From contig JBGUGD010000014.1 in NCBI GenBank assembly GCA_041697335.1, positions 64,001 through 128,000 of the forward strand: a DNA stretch of 64,000 nucleotides. The letters are read 5' to 3'. This DNA is from Vampirovibrionaceae bacterium NZW_1234. GTDB taxonomy: Bacteria; Cyanobacteriota; Vampirovibrionia; Vampirovibrionales; JAGQHJ01. Below, piece by piece: positions 1-11,387 of the stretch; within the stretch, counting starts at the first letter, position 1, and each line of letters begins with the position of its first letter. The position numbers and the translations under genes were made by a program. The notes under the pieces are model-generated. The model was not told where the DNA came from. It did not search any database and was given only the letters and a program-made list of their open reading frames with translations.

Positions 1-9
1 GATTGAAGA

Positions 10-2493
10 CTATTCTTCTTCAATGGGCACAATTTTAGTGACCGAGGCAATCGAATCGTCATCATCCAGGTTCTGGAGTCGGACGCCCGTTGCCGGACGA
101 CCTTGACGGGAAATATCCTTGGCTGTCAGACGAACCACGATGCCTTTAGCAGTAACCAGCATCAGCTCATCGTCTTCCTGCACCACCATAATGTTGGTGA
201 GGCGGCTGAGTTCGTTCTTGAACTTGGTAGCAATCAACCCGATGCCACCACGATTCTGGGCACGAAACTCGGTGAGGCTGGTCCGCTTACCAAAGCCATC
301 GGTAGTGACCACCAAGAGGTCGACGTTATTGAGGTCGCAGGGAACAATGCTAAAGTCAACCATATGGTCGCCTTGGCGTAGCTTCATTGCCGTCACCCCT
401 CGGGCTGTCCGCCCCAGTGGCCGCAAATCGGAGCAGGGGAAACGAATGGCCATCCCCATCGCCGTACCAATAATGACATTGTCATTCTCGGTGCTGGACA
501 GAGCAACCCAGTTGAGCTTGTCCCCTTCTTCAAGGTGAATGGCAATCAGACCATTGCGACGGATATTGTCGAAGTTTTCCAACAGAATCCGCTTAATCCA
601 GCCCTTGCGGGTCAACATGACCAGGGATTTTCCATTGTTGTCCTGCTTGGACGGAATGGGGATAATCGCCGTGATCTTTTCGTCCTGGTTGAGCGGCAAG
701 AGGTTTATCATCGGCAAGCCCCGTGCTGTACGCCCGCCTTCAGGGAAATCATAGACGTTGAGCTTGTAGGCCACGCCCCGATCGCTGAAGAAAAGTACCG
801 AGTCGTGCATGCCCGCCATAAAGATGTTGACGACATCGTCTTCATCCTTGGTCTTCATGCCACCTTTGCCTCGGGTCGCCCGATTCTGACGCTCGAAGGT
901 ATCCAGGGGAATCCGCTTGATGTAACCCATCCGAGTCACAAAGATAGCCATGGCTTCGTTGGGGGTTAAATCTTCAATGCGGAACTCGCCTTCTTCGGGC
1001 AGGATCTGGGTTTTGCGCCGGTCGCCATATTTTTCCTTCAGCTCCAGCAATTCGCCTTTAATGATGCCAAGGACTTTCTGACGGTCAGCCAGAATGGCCC
1101 GGTATTCCGCAATTTTGCGAGTCAACTCGTCGTGCTCGGCCGCGATTTTCTCACGCTCCAAGCCGGTCAAGCGGCGTAATTGCATTTCCAAAATGGCGTT
1201 AGCCTGCTCCAAATCCAAGCCGTAATTGCTCATCAACTGCTGACGCGCATTTTCCGTGGACTCGGCTTCCCGGATCATCTGAATCACCCGATCCAGGTCA
1301 CCAATGGCGATAATCAAGCCTGCCAGAATGTGAGCCCGTGCTTCGGCTTTGTTCAACTCAAAGCGGGTGCGGCGAACCACCACATCCACCCGGTGTTCCA
1401 CGAACTCCGTCAGGATATCGGGAAGGCTCAGCAAGCGAGGCTGCTTGTTCACCAGGGCCAGCATGTTGATACCAAAGGAGGTTTGAAGCTGGGTTTGTTT
1501 GTACAGGTTATTCAAGACAACATCGGGCTTGGCATCACGTTTCAGCTCGATGACAACTCGCATCCCTTCACGGTCGGATTCGTTTCGGAGGTCACTGATG
1601 CCCTCAATTTTCTTCTCACGAACCAGTTCAGCAATTTTCTCGATGAGGGTGGTGAGGTTAACCTGATACGGAATCTCCGTGATGACAATGGCCGTACGCT
1701 CTTGACGGCCACCACCGCCAGGAATTTGCTCGATGGTCGTTACGCCCCGCATTAGGACACTGCCTCGGCCCGTACGGAAAGCTTCACGGATACCGCCACT
1801 GCCGACAATGGTTGCCGCTGTTGGGAAGTCAGGACCTTTGACATATTGCATCAGGTCATCGGCTTCCAAGGTGGGGTTGTCAATCATGGCAACCACCCCA
1901 TCAATGACCTCGCCGGCATTAAAGGGTGGAATATTGGTGGCCATCCCCACGGCAATCCCGCTGGAGCCGTTCAGCAACAGCATGGGCAAGCGACAGGGAA
2001 GGACAGAAGGCTCTTCCAAAGAACCGTCAAAGTTCGGAACAAAGTCAACGGTGTCCTGATCGATGTCTTGCAGCATCGTCAGGGCAATCGGGGTTAAGCG
2101 GCTTTCGGTATAACGCATGGCTGCTGCGTTATCCCCTTCAATACTGCCAAAGTTCCCGTGGCCGTCAATCAGGGGGTAGCGACTTGCAAAGTCCTGAGCC
2201 AGACGAACCAGGGCATCATATACCGCCGTATCGCCGTGTGGGTGGTACTTACCCAGCACTTCCCCGACGATTCTGGCGCATTTCTTATAGGGCTTGTCCG
2301 GGGTCATCCCCAGCTCGTTCATGGCGTATAAAATGCGTCGGTGAACCGGCTTTAAACCGTCCCGAACATCCGGTAACGCCCGCCCCACAATGACGCTCAT
2401 CGCATAGTCGATATACGAGCGCCGCATCTCTTCCCGAATACTGATGGGCTGAATGTTCCCATCACCGAATAAAGTGGGTTGTTTGGTACTCAA
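10..2493 (-). CDS. gyrA: DNA gyrase subunit A
   Basis: [22 protein letters not shown], catalytic AAMRYTE, GyrA-box-like QNRATRG and beta-pinwheel C-terminal repeats. Confidence 0.97.
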   Translation of the reverse strand: MSTKQPTLFGDGNIQPISIREEMRRSYIDYAMSVIVGRALPDVRDGLKPVHRRILYAMNELGMTPDKPYKKCARIVGEVLGKYHPHGDTAVYDALVRLAQDFASRYPLIDGHGNFGSIEGDNAAAMRYTESRLTPIALTMLQDIDQDTVDFVPNFDGSLEEPSVLPCRLPMLLLNGSSGIAVGMATNIPPFNAGEVIDGVVAMIDNPTLEADDLMQYVKGPDFPTAATIVGSGGIREAFRTGRGSVLMRGVTTIEQIPGGGGRQERTAIVITEIPYQVNLTTLIEKIAELVREKKIEGISDLRNESDREGMRVVIELKRDAKPDVVLNNLYKQTQLQTSFGINMLALVNKQPRLLSLPDILTEFVEHRVDVVVRRTRFELNKAEARAHILAGLIIAIGDLDRVIQMIREAESTENARQQLMSNYGLDLEQANAILEMQLRRLTGLEREKIAAEHDELTRKIAEYRAILADRQKVLGIIKGELLELKEKYGDRRKTQILPEEGEFRIEDLTPNEAMAIFVTRMGYIKRIPLDTFERQNRATRGKGGMKTKDEDDVVNIFMAGMHDSVLFFSDRGVAYKLNVYDFPEGGRTARGLPMINLLPLNQDEKITAIIPIPSKQDNNGKSLVMLTRKGWIKRILLENFDNIRRNGLIAIHLEEGDKLNWVALSSTENDNVIIGTAMGMAIRFPCSDLRPLGRTARGVTAMKLRQGDHMVDFSIVPCDLNNVDLLVVTTDGFGKRTSLTEFRAQNRGGIGLIATKFKNELSRLTNIMVVQEDDELMLVTAKGIVVRLTAKDISRQGRPATGVRLQNLDDDDSIASVTKIVPIEEE

Positions 2494-2629
2494 GGGTCAT
2501 GATCCTCTTCTATCTAGGTCCTGGGCTATTATACTGCAAGGACGGACGAATGCCTAATCTCTGGTTACGGTTCAGGACGAATAGATACAAATTGTCACCA
2601 AAGAGCTCTAAAATTTGCTATTTCCAGCC

Positions 2630-3139
2630 TTATACCCGCTCTTGGCCGATAGCTGGCTCATCGGATTCGACCACATGATGCTCTGATGCAGGCTGTTTCC
2701 AGAATTTTTGCATTTCGATATACACAAAAGAGGTAGACCAGCCCAGCATCATCAGCCCGGTCAATGTCTCCATTGAGGTGGTGAAGCGAATGGGTCCATT
2801 GGGAATGATATCGCCAAAGCCAAGTGACGTGTAAACCACTGCCGAATAATAAACATAATCCAGAAGGCGAAACAGGCCGATACCCTCAAGATGGCCAATA
2901 TGGAGCACATCCGTAACAAACATCAGGTTAAAGGCAAAAAGCCAAATTTCGATCAAGTGAACGGTTAACAAGCCAAAGATGAGAAACACCAACCTTAAGC
3001 GGGAGGGAACTTTGAGCCTGGGCAATGCCGCTGTCATCAATTGCAGGCATTCAAAATGGGTCATAACGGCCAGCACCACGGCAAAACCCGTCATGAGAAA
3101 GACAATAAATACCTCCATCCCGTCCATGAACAACAGCAC
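2630..3139 (-). CDS. Small two-TM potassium channel family protein (Ion_trans_2-like)
   Basis: Hydrophobic helices flanking pore motif YYSAVVYTSLGFGDIIP. Confidence 0.85.
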   Translation of the reverse strand: MLLFMDGMEVFIVFLMTGFAVVLAVMTHFECLQLMTAALPRLKVPSRLRLVFLIFGLLTVHLIEIWLFAFNLMFVTDVLHIGHLEGIGLFRLLDYVYYSAVVYTSLGFGDIIPNGPIRFTTSMETLTGLMMLGWSTSFVYIEMQKFWKQPASEHHVVESDEPAIGQERV

Positions 3140-3345
3140 TCTTTCTTAGAACTTATCGAATGACATTGGGCTTCATCATTAACACCCTACATGCCCGCTT
3201 TTGAAAAAGCAAGGTTATCCATGAGAACAAGCACCTTCCCCAAACGGCTAATAACACAATGTTGGTGTTTGCTGAGCCTGTGCTTGGCTACAGTGTAAAT
3301 AATGCTGTAACCCTTAATAACGCATTCAGAAAGGAAATCTTAGCA

Positions 3346-3738
3346 ATGTCACAATATCATGCCGCCGTTTGGATCGATCATGCCGAAGCCCGGGTATTTC
3401 AGTTTGACGTGGACCATGTGGAAAAAACCATCGTGCATCCGGATCAACCGCATAAGAAACTGCATCACAAAGCAGGGGCCGTAGGCTCAGGCAACACAGC
3501 TGAAGACAGGCACTTTTATCAAAGCGTTGTAGAAGCCCTTGAGGGTGCCCATGAAATTTTAATTCTCGGCCCTGGTCAAGCGAAACTCCAATTGGTGAAA
3601 TACGTACACAAATTCCAGCCGAAACTGGAGGAATTTATTGTGGGCGTTGAATCGTCGGATCATCCCACCGACGGTCAGATTGTTGCGTATGCTCGAAAAT
3701 ACTTCAAAAAAGCAGATATGATGTTGTCGCAGATGTAG
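3346..3738 (+). CDS. Small baeRF/eRF1-domain-like ('translational machinery'/host-attachment-type) protein
   Basis: HAAVWIDHAEARVF...ILILGPGQAK...VGVESSDHPTDGQIVAYARKYF pattern; ATG 3346 follows AAGGAAA (ORF track starts at 3259). Confidence 0.7.
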   Translation: MSQYHAAVWIDHAEARVFQFDVDHVEKTIVHPDQPHKKLHHKAGAVGSGNTAEDRHFYQSVVEALEGAHEILILGPGQAKLQLVKYVHKFQPKLEEFIVGVESSDHPTDGQIVAYARKYFKKADMMLSQM

Positions 3739-3937
3739 CTACCTTGAGCCGGAACCCAATTATTCGAAGTGACCATCCGGTGAATTCACGCATTGATATT
3801 TACCGCAAGCCAAATGGTGATGATTGGCATTCCTGGATGAGTTACCTGCTTGGGAACTCCGGCGGACACCGACTCTGATTTTTCGGCAAACCAACCTCAT
3901 ATTTGGGGTAGTACGTAGTACAAGAATTATTTTTTGA

Positions 3938-3967
3938 ATGCCTTGGGTTGTCCAGCGCCCAAGGCAT
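3938..3967. terminator. Hairpin, probable terminator between convergent genes
   Basis: ATGCCTTGGG-10nt-CCCAAGGCAT. Confidence 0.4.
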
Positions 3968-4278
3968 CACATTGGTTATCTGTGTTGCGAAAAACACCCG
4001 TCTGGTTTAGCAAGATAGTTATTATTCACACCTTGAATTTTTTTACTTTAAATTCTATAGAGCTTTGTTTTGAAAACAGGTTCCTCGCAAAATGCAATCT
4101 GAGAGGCAACTATTCCTTGTTTTGAAATCAAATTTTTGAAATCAAACTGGGATACAAAACGTGTCTTCAGGAGACGCGATATCCACTATAACGTCAAAGC
4201 CATCAAGCTCAATTTCTGTCAACGTTTAAGCTCAGCAACCGCACTTATGGCGACATCAACCTGAATCTGATCAAAAGA

Positions 4279-7200
4279 CTAAGTTGAGTAGTACTTGGCC
4301 TCGGGATGGTGGACCACCATAGCGGAGGTGGATTGCTCGGGCTCGATTTGGTAGGCCTCGGTAAGGCGGATGCCTGTGTATTTACTGACTTCCATCAGTT
4401 CGAACTGTTTCGCCTGATCAGCGAGATCGGGGCAGGCAGGGTAGCCGAAGCTGTAGCGCTTGCCTTGGCCAATGGGGAGACCCAGCTCCGTAAGAATCAT
4501 CCGGTGAGACCATTCAGCCAGGGCCTCGGCCATCTGAACAGCCAATCCATGAAGGTAATAACTGCGGGAGTATTCACCCTGACGATCCAGAGCATTACCC
4601 ACTTCACCCACCCGATGGCCCATAGTGACCAATTGCAAGGGCAGCACATCCACCTGGCCTTGATCCAGAAAGTAATCGGATAAGCACAGCAAATCTCTAT
4701 CGGTCTGACGAGGGAAGCTAAAGCGCATGCGCTCAGTTTTTTGGTCCTCGTGCAAAACAACTAAATCATTGTTGTCCCGGTGGCAAGGAAAGTAGCCATA
4801 CAAGACCTGGGGCTGCAAGATGGCATCATCCTTGCACTCGTTGAGCAAATTCACCAACAAGGGGTAAAACTCCTCCTGCACCAGTTTGTCATACTCTTCC
4901 TTGGGCTTGTTTTTAAGGCCCCAGGACAGACGAAACAGCGAGGGGAAATCCATCAGTTTGAAAATCTCGTCTAAATCCAGATCCGTCGGATTTAACAAAC
5001 GCATGCCCCAGAACGGAGGCGCCGGAATGGAGGGCGCAGGCTTGACCTGCCGTTCGGTGGTAATCACCGGAACCGGGGCGTTGGCCTTGTAACGTTCGGA
5101 CTTCTCGCGCCGGGCAGTCAAATCGGCCTGGTACTCCGCCATCAGGCCCTCTTTCTGAGCCGGATCCATCAGGCGGTTCATAATTCCAAGCCCCTCAAAG
5201 GCGTCCTTGGAGTAAAACACCCCGCCAGGATAGGTCAGCTCCTCACCCAGGCAGGAAATCCGAAACCCGAAATCCCGGTTAATCGCCGCCCCACCAATAA
5301 TAATGGGGTAATGCAAATCCTGTTTGTTGCACTCTTCCACACAATAGGCCATTTGCTTGGATGTGGTCACCAGCAGTGCACTTAAGCCAATCGCATCGGC
5401 ATTCACCTCTTTGGCCTTGGCCAAAATCGTCGGCAAGGGCACTTGTTTTCCCAAATCGTGAACAACGTAGCCATTGTTACTGAAAATGGTTTTCACCAGG
5501 TTCTTGCCAATATCGTGAACGTCGCCATAGACCGTGGCCAGGACCAACGTCCCTTTGGCCACCTGGTCGGATTTATCCAGAAACTGCTCCAAATAGGCCA
5601 CCGATTTTTTCATGACTTCCGCCGATTGAAGAACAAAGGGCAAAATCAACTCACCGGTTGCCATCTTGTCACCGACTTCTTTCATTGCCGGTAACAAAAT
5701 TGTGTTAATAATTTCAGCCGGAGCATATGTCTCCAGTGCCTTGGCAAGAACATCTTCGATGCCTTCTTTCCGGCGGTTCAAGATTTGGTAGTGAATTTGC
5801 TCTTCAATGGTACGCTCAACGTTGTCTTCTTCCACAGCCTGTTTGGCGTTGAAGGAACCTCCATGGGTTTCAAAGTAGGCAATAAAATCGGCAAGTGCCT
5901 GTTCATTTTCGTTTAACACAAGAGCATCCGCGAGTTTTCGTTCCTGTTCAGTCAGCATAGGGTAGGGAATAATCTCCTTGGCATTCACAATTGCCAAATC
6001 AAGGCCGGCTTTTGTGGCGTGATAAAGGTACACACTATTTAACACTCTTCTGGCCTGCGGCGTCAAACCGAAAGATGCGTTACTAACCCCTAAGACCGTA
6101 TACGTCCCCGGCAGATTGGCTTTAATCCAGCGAATGGCATTGAAAGTTTCAATGGCAGAATTGCGAAATTCTTCGTCTCCGGTGGCCAACGTGAAGGTCA
6201 AAGGGTCATAAATCAAGGTATGCGGAGGCAAGCCGTAGTCCCCGGTAACAATGTCATACAGTTTCTGGGCCACTTCGATTTTCCGATCTGTGGTTTTAGC
6301 CATGCCGTCAGCATCAATGAGCATCGCGACAGCCGAGCCGCCATAGGTTTTCAGCAACGGAACTATCTTATGAACCCGTTCGCCGTCGCCTTCCAAGTGG
6401 ATTGAATTGACAATGGGACGCCCGGGAACCAATTTCAAGGCTTCTTCAATGACCGGGTACTCGGTGGAATCAATCACCAGAGGTGCCTCAACCATTTGAG
6501 ACAGATCTTTCACCAGTCGGCACATCTGAACCGATTCATCATCTCGCTCGTTCAGGGCCACACACACATCAAGCAAGTGAGCCCCCTCTTCCACCTGGGT
6601 GCGCCCCATCAGGGCCATGGTTTCGTAGTCATCTTCCATCAACAGGGTCTTGAATTTGCGGCTGCCCTGGGAGTTCAGGCGTTCGCCCACAATTATAGGC
6701 CGATTGGGCATATCCAAACTTACGGCCTTAATGGGACTGCTCACAGCCCGAACCTCTTCTATGTTACGGGTCTTTGGTTGACGCTCTCCCAAGGCCTTTA
6801 CTACCGCCCCCACATGGTCTGGCGTCGTGCCACAACAGCCCCCCACAATGTTCACACCAAAGGTATCCACAAACTCCACCAGGGCCTTGGCAAAGGGATC
6901 CGGCGCCAGGTTATACCGAGCCTGACCTTCAATATTTTCCGGCAAACCGGCATTGGGAATCACGGAAATGGGAATCGGAGAAAAGTCGGACAAATAGCGA
7001 ACCGGCTCACGCATTTCATCAGGACCTGTGCTGCAATTCAAGCCGAAAACATCCACTTTCAGGTCCATAAACAACGGCAGTGCCGCCGCCACATCGGTTC
7101 CCAAAAGCATCCGCCCTGAAGTATCCAGCGTCGGCTGGGCAATTAACAAAATGTCTTTGCCACTGGCCGCAATGGCTTCTTTTGCCCCGATGACGGCATG

Positions 7201-7773
7201 TTTCATTTCCAAAATATCTTGGCCCGTTTCAATAATGAGGCCATGCACCCCTGCCTCAATCAAAATCTGAGCTTGCTCCCGGTAAACGGCCCGCAGGGTA
7301 TCGACACTCATATTGCCCAACGTCGGATCACTGGAAGAAGGAAGGTATCCCGTGGGTCCCAGCGAACCAATAATATAGCGGGGTGTTTCCGAATCAGGCA
7401 TGCTCAAGATAGCTTCTTGCGCAACGCGCACAGCAGCGGTGTTGATCTCGACAATTTGGTCCTCAAGGCCATATTCTTCAAGCTTGATTCGATTAGAGCC
7501 AAAGGTATTGGTCTCCAGACAGTCGCACCCAACCTTAAGATAGCTGGCATGAATTTCCCGGATGATTTCGGGCCGAATCAGCGCCAAGTAATCATTACAC
7601 CCATCTTTTCCCAAAAAATCCTCGGCCGTCAGATTATAGGTTTGAATACTGGTTCCCATGGCGCCATCAAAGACCAAAACCTTCTGATGTAAGCGCTCTC
7701 GAAGGGGAATGGAAACCGGAGGACATGCGAGAGAGGGAGGGGCTTCTGACACGGCGATGCTCTTCGTAACCAC
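4279..7773 (-). CDS. metH: Cobalamin-dependent methionine synthase
   Basis: FDGAMGT, GLNCSTGP, GGCCGTTP (Hcy/Zn domain), IVGERLN pterin domain, GDVHDIGKN B12 motif, RYSFGYPACP reactivation domain. Confidence 0.97.
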   Translation of the reverse strand: MVTKSIAVSEAPPSLACPPVSIPLRERLHQKVLVFDGAMGTSIQTYNLTAEDFLGKDGCNDYLALIRPEIIREIHASYLKVGCDCLETNTFGSNRIKLEEYGLEDQIVEINTAAVRVAQEAILSMPDSETPRYIIGSLGPTGYLPSSSDPTLGNMSVDTLRAVYREQAQILIEAGVHGLIIETGQDILEMKHAVIGAKEAIAASGKDILLIAQPTLDTSGRMLLGTDVAAALPLFMDLKVDVFGLNCSTGPDEMREPVRYLSDFSPIPISVIPNAGLPENIEGQARYNLAPDPFAKALVEFVDTFGVNIVGGCCGTTPDHVGAVVKALGERQPKTRNIEEVRAVSSPIKAVSLDMPNRPIIVGERLNSQGSRKFKTLLMEDDYETMALMGRTQVEEGAHLLDVCVALNERDDESVQMCRLVKDLSQMVEAPLVIDSTEYPVIEEALKLVPGRPIVNSIHLEGDGERVHKIVPLLKTYGGSAVAMLIDADGMAKTTDRKIEVAQKLYDIVTGDYGLPPHTLIYDPLTFTLATGDEEFRNSAIETFNAIRWIKANLPGTYTVLGVSNASFGLTPQARRVLNSVYLYHATKAGLDLAIVNAKEIIPYPMLTEQERKLADALVLNENEQALADFIAYFETHGGSFNAKQAVEEDNVERTIEEQIHYQILNRRKEGIEDVLAKALETYAPAEIINTILLPAMKEVGDKMATGELILPFVLQSAEVMKKSVAYLEQFLDKSDQVAKGTLVLATVYGDVHDIGKNLVKTIFSNNGYVVHDLGKQVPLPTILAKAKEVNADAIGLSALLVTTSKQMAYCVEECNKQDLHYPIIIGGAAINRDFGFRISCLGEELTYPGGVFYSKDAFEGLGIMNRLMDPAQKEGLMAEYQADLTARREKSERYKANAPVPVITTERQVKPAPSIPAPPFWGMRLLNPTDLDLDEIFKLMDFPSLFRLSWGLKNKPKEEYDKLVQEEFYPLLVNLLNECKDDAILQPQVLYGYFPCHRDNNDLVVLHEDQKTERMRFSFPRQTDRDLLCLSDYFLDQGQVDVLPLQLVTMGHRVGEVGNALDRQGEYSRSYYLHGLAVQMAEALAEWSHRMILTELGLPIGQGKRYSFGYPACPDLADQAKQFELMEVSKYTGIRLTEAYQIEPEQSTSAMVVHHPEAKYYST

Positions 7774-8008
7774 TTGTGACCTGTGCCCTCTTATTATACT
7801 CGCTGATAGAGAAAGCTACTCGCTTGGCTCAAAGAATCGTCTGAATTCTCAAGTATTTCAGGCTATTTCATAGACCATGTAAAGATAAGATACATAACAA
7901 TAAATAAAAAACAAACAAAACCAAATTCCCAAATCCGGGGTGATACGATGAATTATGAAAGCACCACATTTTTATGGTCAGTAGTTTCGAGTAAGCAATC
8001 ACATTGGG

Positions 8009-8890
8009 GTGTATATGAGGAAGCAGCAACCAGTCCCGGTAGGTGACGGCTTTGACGCGACCTTGGCCTATCTTTTTTATGGCCTGGATCCGGCACATGA
8101 CGTCTTAAACGAATCGACCTACATTTTTGATATCCTGAACTCCGAGTCCAAAACCAAAGGCCTTTCAATGACGCGTGTCTTAGGCGATGACATTCAATTC
8201 GTCAGCCGTTGGCCTGAAAACAAATTCCCCCTCAAAATATTTATTAGCCCGGATTATGGGGTCCTCTTCTCTCCGGGAGAATTAAAACAACTGCGTACCA
8301 TTATTGGCGAGGTTGTCGGTGAGATTGAAGCCATTAACCCGGACCAGTTTCGCTTTACGTATGTGTCCCAGCGTCACCAAGCCGATATTGTGATGCTTTG
8401 CCGTCGGGATGATAAAAAATTACTTCATCACACGTTTCCCGCACTTGGTGCCGAAAAAGAACTCACATACGCCGAAATCACATTGACGATTACCACCCAA
8501 GTCAGTCATGACAGTGTGCGGTATCAAGTGATGCACCAACTCCTTCACGCCTTAGGCATGTTGGGACACAGTGATAATCCCTTTGACTCGGGCTACATCA
8601 CCTGGAATCCTCAACAGGCACTCCTGACGCCTCGGGATATTGCCACCCTGAGGTTACTGTATCGCTGTCCCATTGGTATGAGTGAGTCCGATTTAAAGTT
8701 ACTTTGGGATCAATATCAGGCTCGCTACCCTGGGCTCAAGCTCAATGCCCAAGTACAGGCTGTCCTTGGGAACCCGAATCAGGTTCCAACGCCAATGCCT
8801 GCCATGTTTGGTACTGCAACACTGTCCGCCCAAGAACGCCAGCTGCAAGAGTCAGTGCGCCATAGCCTTCGCCACGTTAAAACCGCCTGA
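8009..8890 (+). CDS. Matrixin-like zinc metalloprotease homolog, probably catalytically inactive
   Basis: RWP..FPLKIFI N-region; HQLLHALGMLGHS (HExxHxxGxxxH with E->Q); LTPRDIATLRLLY helix. Confidence 0.7.
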   Translation: MYMRKQQPVPVGDGFDATLAYLFYGLDPAHDVLNESTYIFDILNSESKTKGLSMTRVLGDDIQFVSRWPENKFPLKIFISPDYGVLFSPGELKQLRTIIGEVVGEIEAINPDQFRFTYVSQRHQADIVMLCRRDDKKLLHHTFPALGAEKELTYAEITLTITTQVSHDSVRYQVMHQLLHALGMLGHSDNPFDSGYITWNPQQALLTPRDIATLRLLYRCPIGMSESDLKLLWDQYQARYPGLKLNAQVQAVLGNPNQVPTPMPAMFGTATLSAQERQLQESVRHSLRHVKTA

Positions 8891-8902
8891 TTTAATTGCA
8901 AA

Positions 8903-9946
8903 TCACTCTCTTAACGCATCGTCAACGAATTGGCGTAATTTGGAAGCAGTCACACAATAGCCAATACTGCTTCCCGGGCTCAAAAGTGCCGTATTCATCC
9001 CGAGAACCTTTCCATCCGTTGTCACCAAAGGCCCTCCGGAATTGCCGGGGTTAATTGCAGCATCGGTCTGAATCATATTGGGATTGGCTGGGCCATCCAG
9101 CCCCTGCAAGGGAATCGTTCGCCCGGTGGCAGACACCAAGCCCATGGTCACGGTCCAACCATGAGAATGGGGGTGCCCGACCGCGAGAACAATTTCCCCA
9201 ACGATGTCCTCTTCTGACTCTGCCAGGGACAAGGTGGGCAAATCAACCGGGGCTGCAACTTTCACCAGGGCAATATCCTGATCCTTGTCGCGTTTTACCA
9301 CGACGGCATCGTATTGACGGCCGTCCAGCAACTTCACCGTTACCCGAGGCCTGTCTTGAACCACATGGGCATTGGTTAAAATCAACCCATCCCGGCGAAT
9401 CACGAACCCACTGCCTCGGAAGGATGAACGCCGTCCATAGACTTCCTCCGAAGGCAGTGGATAATCAATACCCACCACAGCCGGTTTTACTTTTTTTGCC
9501 AGGGTCTTCAATTCCCGTGACATTGCGTTCAGCACATTTGGAGAGCGTGTTACCTGTGCCTGAAAAGCCTCATCGACTTCTCGAAGGCGCTTGGGATCCA
9601 AAGCGTGCGGCTCAATACCGTCGGTTTTTGTCTTTTCGGCCAGAGCCACTTCCATCCGATGCAGTTTTTGTTCGGCTCGATACAACATAATGCCCTGAGC
9701 CAAAATAAGCGCGGAGGGTGGAAATAGCAAAGCCCCTAAAAATATCGCTTTTCTAACCCACCGAGGCCTGGAACGCTGATAATTATTTTCCCGAGGCACA
9801 GCCTCATCGCCAGGGAGCGCTTCTGGTGGCATCTTCAAAGGCTGATCTTCGTCCTGAACATGCCCAAAACGCACTTGAGCCTGGTAATTTAAATTGCGCC
9901 CCAAGCACACATTCTGTGAGGCGTTAATAACCCTCAGCCCAGTCAT
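8903..9946 (-). CDS. HtrA/DegP-like trypsin serine protease, one TM helix, no PDZ domain
   Basis: GSGFVI, LTNAHVV, DIALVKV, QTDAAINPGNSGGPL; ATG 9946 has an AGGAG RBS (ORF track extends to 10126). Confidence 0.9.
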   Translation of the reverse strand: MTGLRVINASQNVCLGRNLNYQAQVRFGHVQDEDQPLKMPPEALPGDEAVPRENNYQRSRPRWVRKAIFLGALLFPPSALILAQGIMLYRAEQKLHRMEVALAEKTKTDGIEPHALDPKRLREVDEAFQAQVTRSPNVLNAMSRELKTLAKKVKPAVVGIDYPLPSEEVYGRRSSFRGSGFVIRRDGLILTNAHVVQDRPRVTVKLLDGRQYDAVVVKRDKDQDIALVKVAAPVDLPTLSLAESEEDIVGEIVLAVGHPHSHGWTVTMGLVSATGRTIPLQGLDGPANPNMIQTDAAINPGNSGGPLVTTDGKVLGMNTALLSPGSSIGYCVTASKLRQFVDDALRE

Positions 9947-10181
9947 AAAATCGTCTCCTGACGAAATTCCAGCATGTCGAAACGAATATCCATTACACTC
10001 CCCTGTGTCCTTCTTCGTGATGTTACCGGGAAGGCAGAGTCCATGCAAGGCTTCATGATGGTAATAGCCGCCCCCGTGGTATGAAGAATTGTTACAAGGC
10101 GGCCAGACTTTGGCATCTCCATACATTTAGAGGAATTTATATTCAAAAGGCCCAATGGGCAAATGTTACCGGTATTCCTGA

Positions 10182-11261
10182 ATGTTACACTTGCACATCT
10201 CTCCCCGACGGACTGATTATCCCTATTCCACACAATTGCAGCCGAAGTTTGCCTCCAGCACACCTCGGCATAAACACTTGCGAGACAATGCCCTGGGGAC
10301 CGATCAGCGTCCGGTCCTTGGGGCCGAAACCACGCGTAAATCATTTCTCAGTTCTGTCATTGATGGGATTCACCGATTTTTTCAAAACGTTTTATTTCTG
10401 GGAGCCATTGTTCTTGCCTCCTGGATTCCGAGCCAACGCCTGCGGAACTACATAGAGACCCGTGCACTGTACGAACCTTCCAAAGGTGTTGCTTTGGATC
10501 ATTTGGGAGATAAGGCGTTAGAGAAAAAAATTCGGATTCAGCATTTTAAAGCCCCAGATGGTACAGCATTAGAAGGCTGGTATATTCCAGCGAAGAAAGG
10601 TAAACCGACCATTTTATATGCCCATGGACGTTCCAGTAACATGGCTGACACAAAGCCGGTTATTCTTGCCTTTAGCCAGCGCGGGTATGGGATTATGGTG
10701 GTTGATTATCGAGGCTTCGGCAACAGCGCAGGCACCCCCACAGAGCAAGGCGTCAGCATGGATTTGGAAGCTGCCAGCACTCATCTGGCTAAAAAACTGG
10801 GTGTTCCATCCTCTCAGCAAGTTCTCGTCGGGAACTCCCTGGGCGGCGCTATTGCGGCGGATGTTGCCACTCGAAAGCCCTTTAAAGCCGTTATGCTGAC
10901 GTCCACCTTTACGAGCCTGAAAGAGACGTTGAAATACCACCGGGAAAAATGTAACTGGCTATTACGCCATCTGGTCGCCGAGAACATTGTGAAAGCCCAG
11001 TTCGACACGCTGAAGAAAATCCCGCTCATCCAATCCCCGCTTCTCATTGCCCAAGGGGAAGCAGACGATGTAACGCCCCCCAGTATGGGGGAACGCCTAA
11101 TCCGCCATGCGAGAGGGACCCGGCTTAAGCATTTATTCAGGATAAAAGCCTGTGATCATTACCAAGTCTTTCGCTCTGCTGCAAACAAGGTCATCGATCG
11201 TCTGGAATGGCTTCTCAAAAAAATTGATGACATCCATGGTTCAGCCCCAGTAACCCAGTAA
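10182..11261 (+). CDS. Alpha/beta hydrolase (BEM46/ABHD13-like)
   Basis: LYAHG, VDYRGFGNS, GNSLGG nucleophile elbow, GEADDVTP Asp, CDH His. Confidence 0.9.
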   Translation: MLHLHISPRRTDYPYSTQLQPKFASSTPRHKHLRDNALGTDQRPVLGAETTRKSFLSSVIDGIHRFFQNVLFLGAIVLASWIPSQRLRNYIETRALYEPSKGVALDHLGDKALEKKIRIQHFKAPDGTALEGWYIPAKKGKPTILYAHGRSSNMADTKPVILAFSQRGYGIMVVDYRGFGNSAGTPTEQGVSMDLEAASTHLAKKLGVPSSQQVLVGNSLGGAIAADVATRKPFKAVMLTSTFTSLKETLKYHREKCNWLLRHLVAENIVKAQFDTLKKIPLIQSPLLIAQGEADDVTPPSMGERLIRHARGTRLKHLFRIKACDHYQVFRSAANKVIDRLEWLLKKIDDIHGSAPVTQ

Positions 11262-11387
11262 CCCTCCAGCTGAACCTTCCTATCCAACAGAACAGGAACA
11301 ATTAGCGAGGGTCTATCGTCAACGGGCACAGCCCTCAGAAAACACTGGACGTGTCTGTTTGGGGCATTTAAAATCGTACCAAGCACG

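Noticed and set aside
3744..3878. Short frame RIDIYRKPNGDDW resembling a Uma2 nuclease C-terminus
   Set aside because: Too short and no other family motifs
7774..8008. Cobalamin or SAM riboswitch upstream of metH
   Set aside because: No recognisable B12-box or S-box motifs, and a minus-strand TATAAT lies close to the start
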